From: an uncultured bacterium
GTDB lineage: Bacteria > Verrucomicrobiota > Verrucomicrobiia > Limisphaerales > UBA8199
Direction of reading: 5' to 3'
DNA: 64,000 nt
Assembly: GCA_963749495.1 (NCBI GenBank)
Contig: CAVVMW010000018.1
Location: forward strand, 256,001 to 320,000
The notes under the pieces are model-generated. The model saw only the letters and a program-made list of their open reading frames with translations, was not told where the DNA came from and did not search any database. Both the position numbers and the translations under genes were made by a program. This document shows, piece by piece, positions 63,104-64,000 of the stretch. The number at the start of each line of letters is the position of its first letter. Position 1 is the first letter of the stretch.

Positions 63104-64000
63104 TTACCCCCAAATCTGCCGGTCCAGGGAGCGGTATTGAATGGCCTCCGAGACGTGGTCCGGCGCAATCGATTCCGAGCCGGCCAGGTCGGCGATCGTG
63201 CGGGCCACCTTCAGGATGCGGTCGTAGGCCCGCGCGCTCAGGTTCAGGTCGGACATGGCGAACTGGATGAGGCCCTTGGCGGTCTCGTCAAGTTCGCAGA
63301 ACTGCTTGAGCTCGCGCGTGCCCATCCGGGCATTGCACGCCACCCGGGCCCGCCCCTCAAACCGCTTCTGCTGCACCCGCCGCGCGGCCACAACCCGCTG
63401 GCGGATGGCCGCGGAGGACTCCCCCGTGCGCTCGGCGCTGATCTCCCTGAACTTCACCGGCGGCACCTCGACGTGCAGGTCGATCCGGTCCAGGAGCGGA
63501 CCCGAGATGCGGCCCAGGTAGTTCTGTATCTCGCGCGGCGAACACCTCGATTCAGCCGGCATCTTCCCATCGGGTGTCGGATTCATGGCGGCCACCAGCA
63601 TGAATTCGCTGGGGAACGTCATCGTGCCGGCCGCCCGCGAGATGGTGACGCGGCCCTCCTCCAGCGGTTGGCGCAGGGTCTCCAGCACGTTGCGCTTGAA
63701 CTCGGGCAACTCGTCCAGGAAGAGCACGCCGTGGTGGGCCAGAGAGATTTCGCCCGGCGTCGGGTTGATGTTGCCCCCCAGCAGCCCGGCATCGCTGGCC
63801 GTGTGATGAGGCGCTCGAAACGGGCGCTGGGTCACCAGCGCCTGGCCCGGCTTGAGCAGGCCCACAATGCTGTGGACCTTGGTCGTCTCCAGCGCCTCCT
63901 CCAGCGTCAGCGGCGGCAGAATGGTCGGAAGCCGCTTGGCCAGCATGGACTTGCCGGTGCCCGGATTCCCGAGGAGCAGCAGGTTGTGGCCGCCACTGGC
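63104..64000 (-). CDS. comM: ComM/YifB Mg-chelatase-like AAA+ ATPase, C-terminal part (runs off window)
   Basis: [46 protein letters not shown]. Confidence 0.95.
   Translation of the reverse strand, partial: ASGGHNLLLLGNPGTGKSMLAKRLPTILPPLTLEEALETTKVHSIVGLLKPGQALVTQRPFRAPHHTASDAGLLGGNINPTPGEISLAHHGVLFLDELPEFKRNVLETLRQPLEEGRVTISRAAGTMTFPSEFMLVAAMNPTPDGKMPAESRCSPREIQNYLGRISGPLLDRIDLHVEVPPVKFREISAERTGESSAAIRQRVVAARRVQQKRFEGRARVACNARMGTRELKQFCELDETAKGLIQFAMSDLNLSARAYDRILKVARTIADLAGSESIAPDHVSEAIQYRSLDRQIWG

Overview
GC-rich bacterial chromosome segment. Gene content and style suggest Verrucomicrobiota (Pedosphaera/Limisphaera-like); this is an inference. There are three parts. (1) 1-21.9 kb: housekeeping and metabolic genes (smpB, rpoZ, TPR protein, ispH with a wHTH regulator, two Tat-type Gfo/Idh/MocA oxidoreductases, lptD, xylB, thiH-thiS, a large secreted LamG protein). 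(2) About 21.95-43.93 kb: a phage-derived cluster with Mu-like head genes (xis-like HTH, XRE repressor, lysis-type membrane/lipoproteins, DUF935 portal, protease-scaffold-capsid polyprotein, DUF1320 neck, tail tube, fibres, short tape measure). I could not recognise a terminase, integrase/transposase, replication gene or endolysin in it. Its head polyprotein carries an inserted 14-Cys domain resembling the YhjQ/Csp3 copper-storage bundle. Several of its proteins have signal peptides encoded by short tandem repeats. (3) 44-64 kb: polyphosphate cluster (ppx, ppk1, CHAD, sixA), MnmD-like methyltransferase, hydrolases, Rrf2, lsrF-rpe-SDR, then a fragment-rich island between an out-of-order comM N-terminal fragment and the comM C-terminus. 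The window is dense in REP-like palindromes, MITEs and 7/8/9-mer tandem repeats. About nine single-base frameshifts, most at short base runs, are probably long-read assembly errors. All protein family calls are from motif recognition, not database searches.
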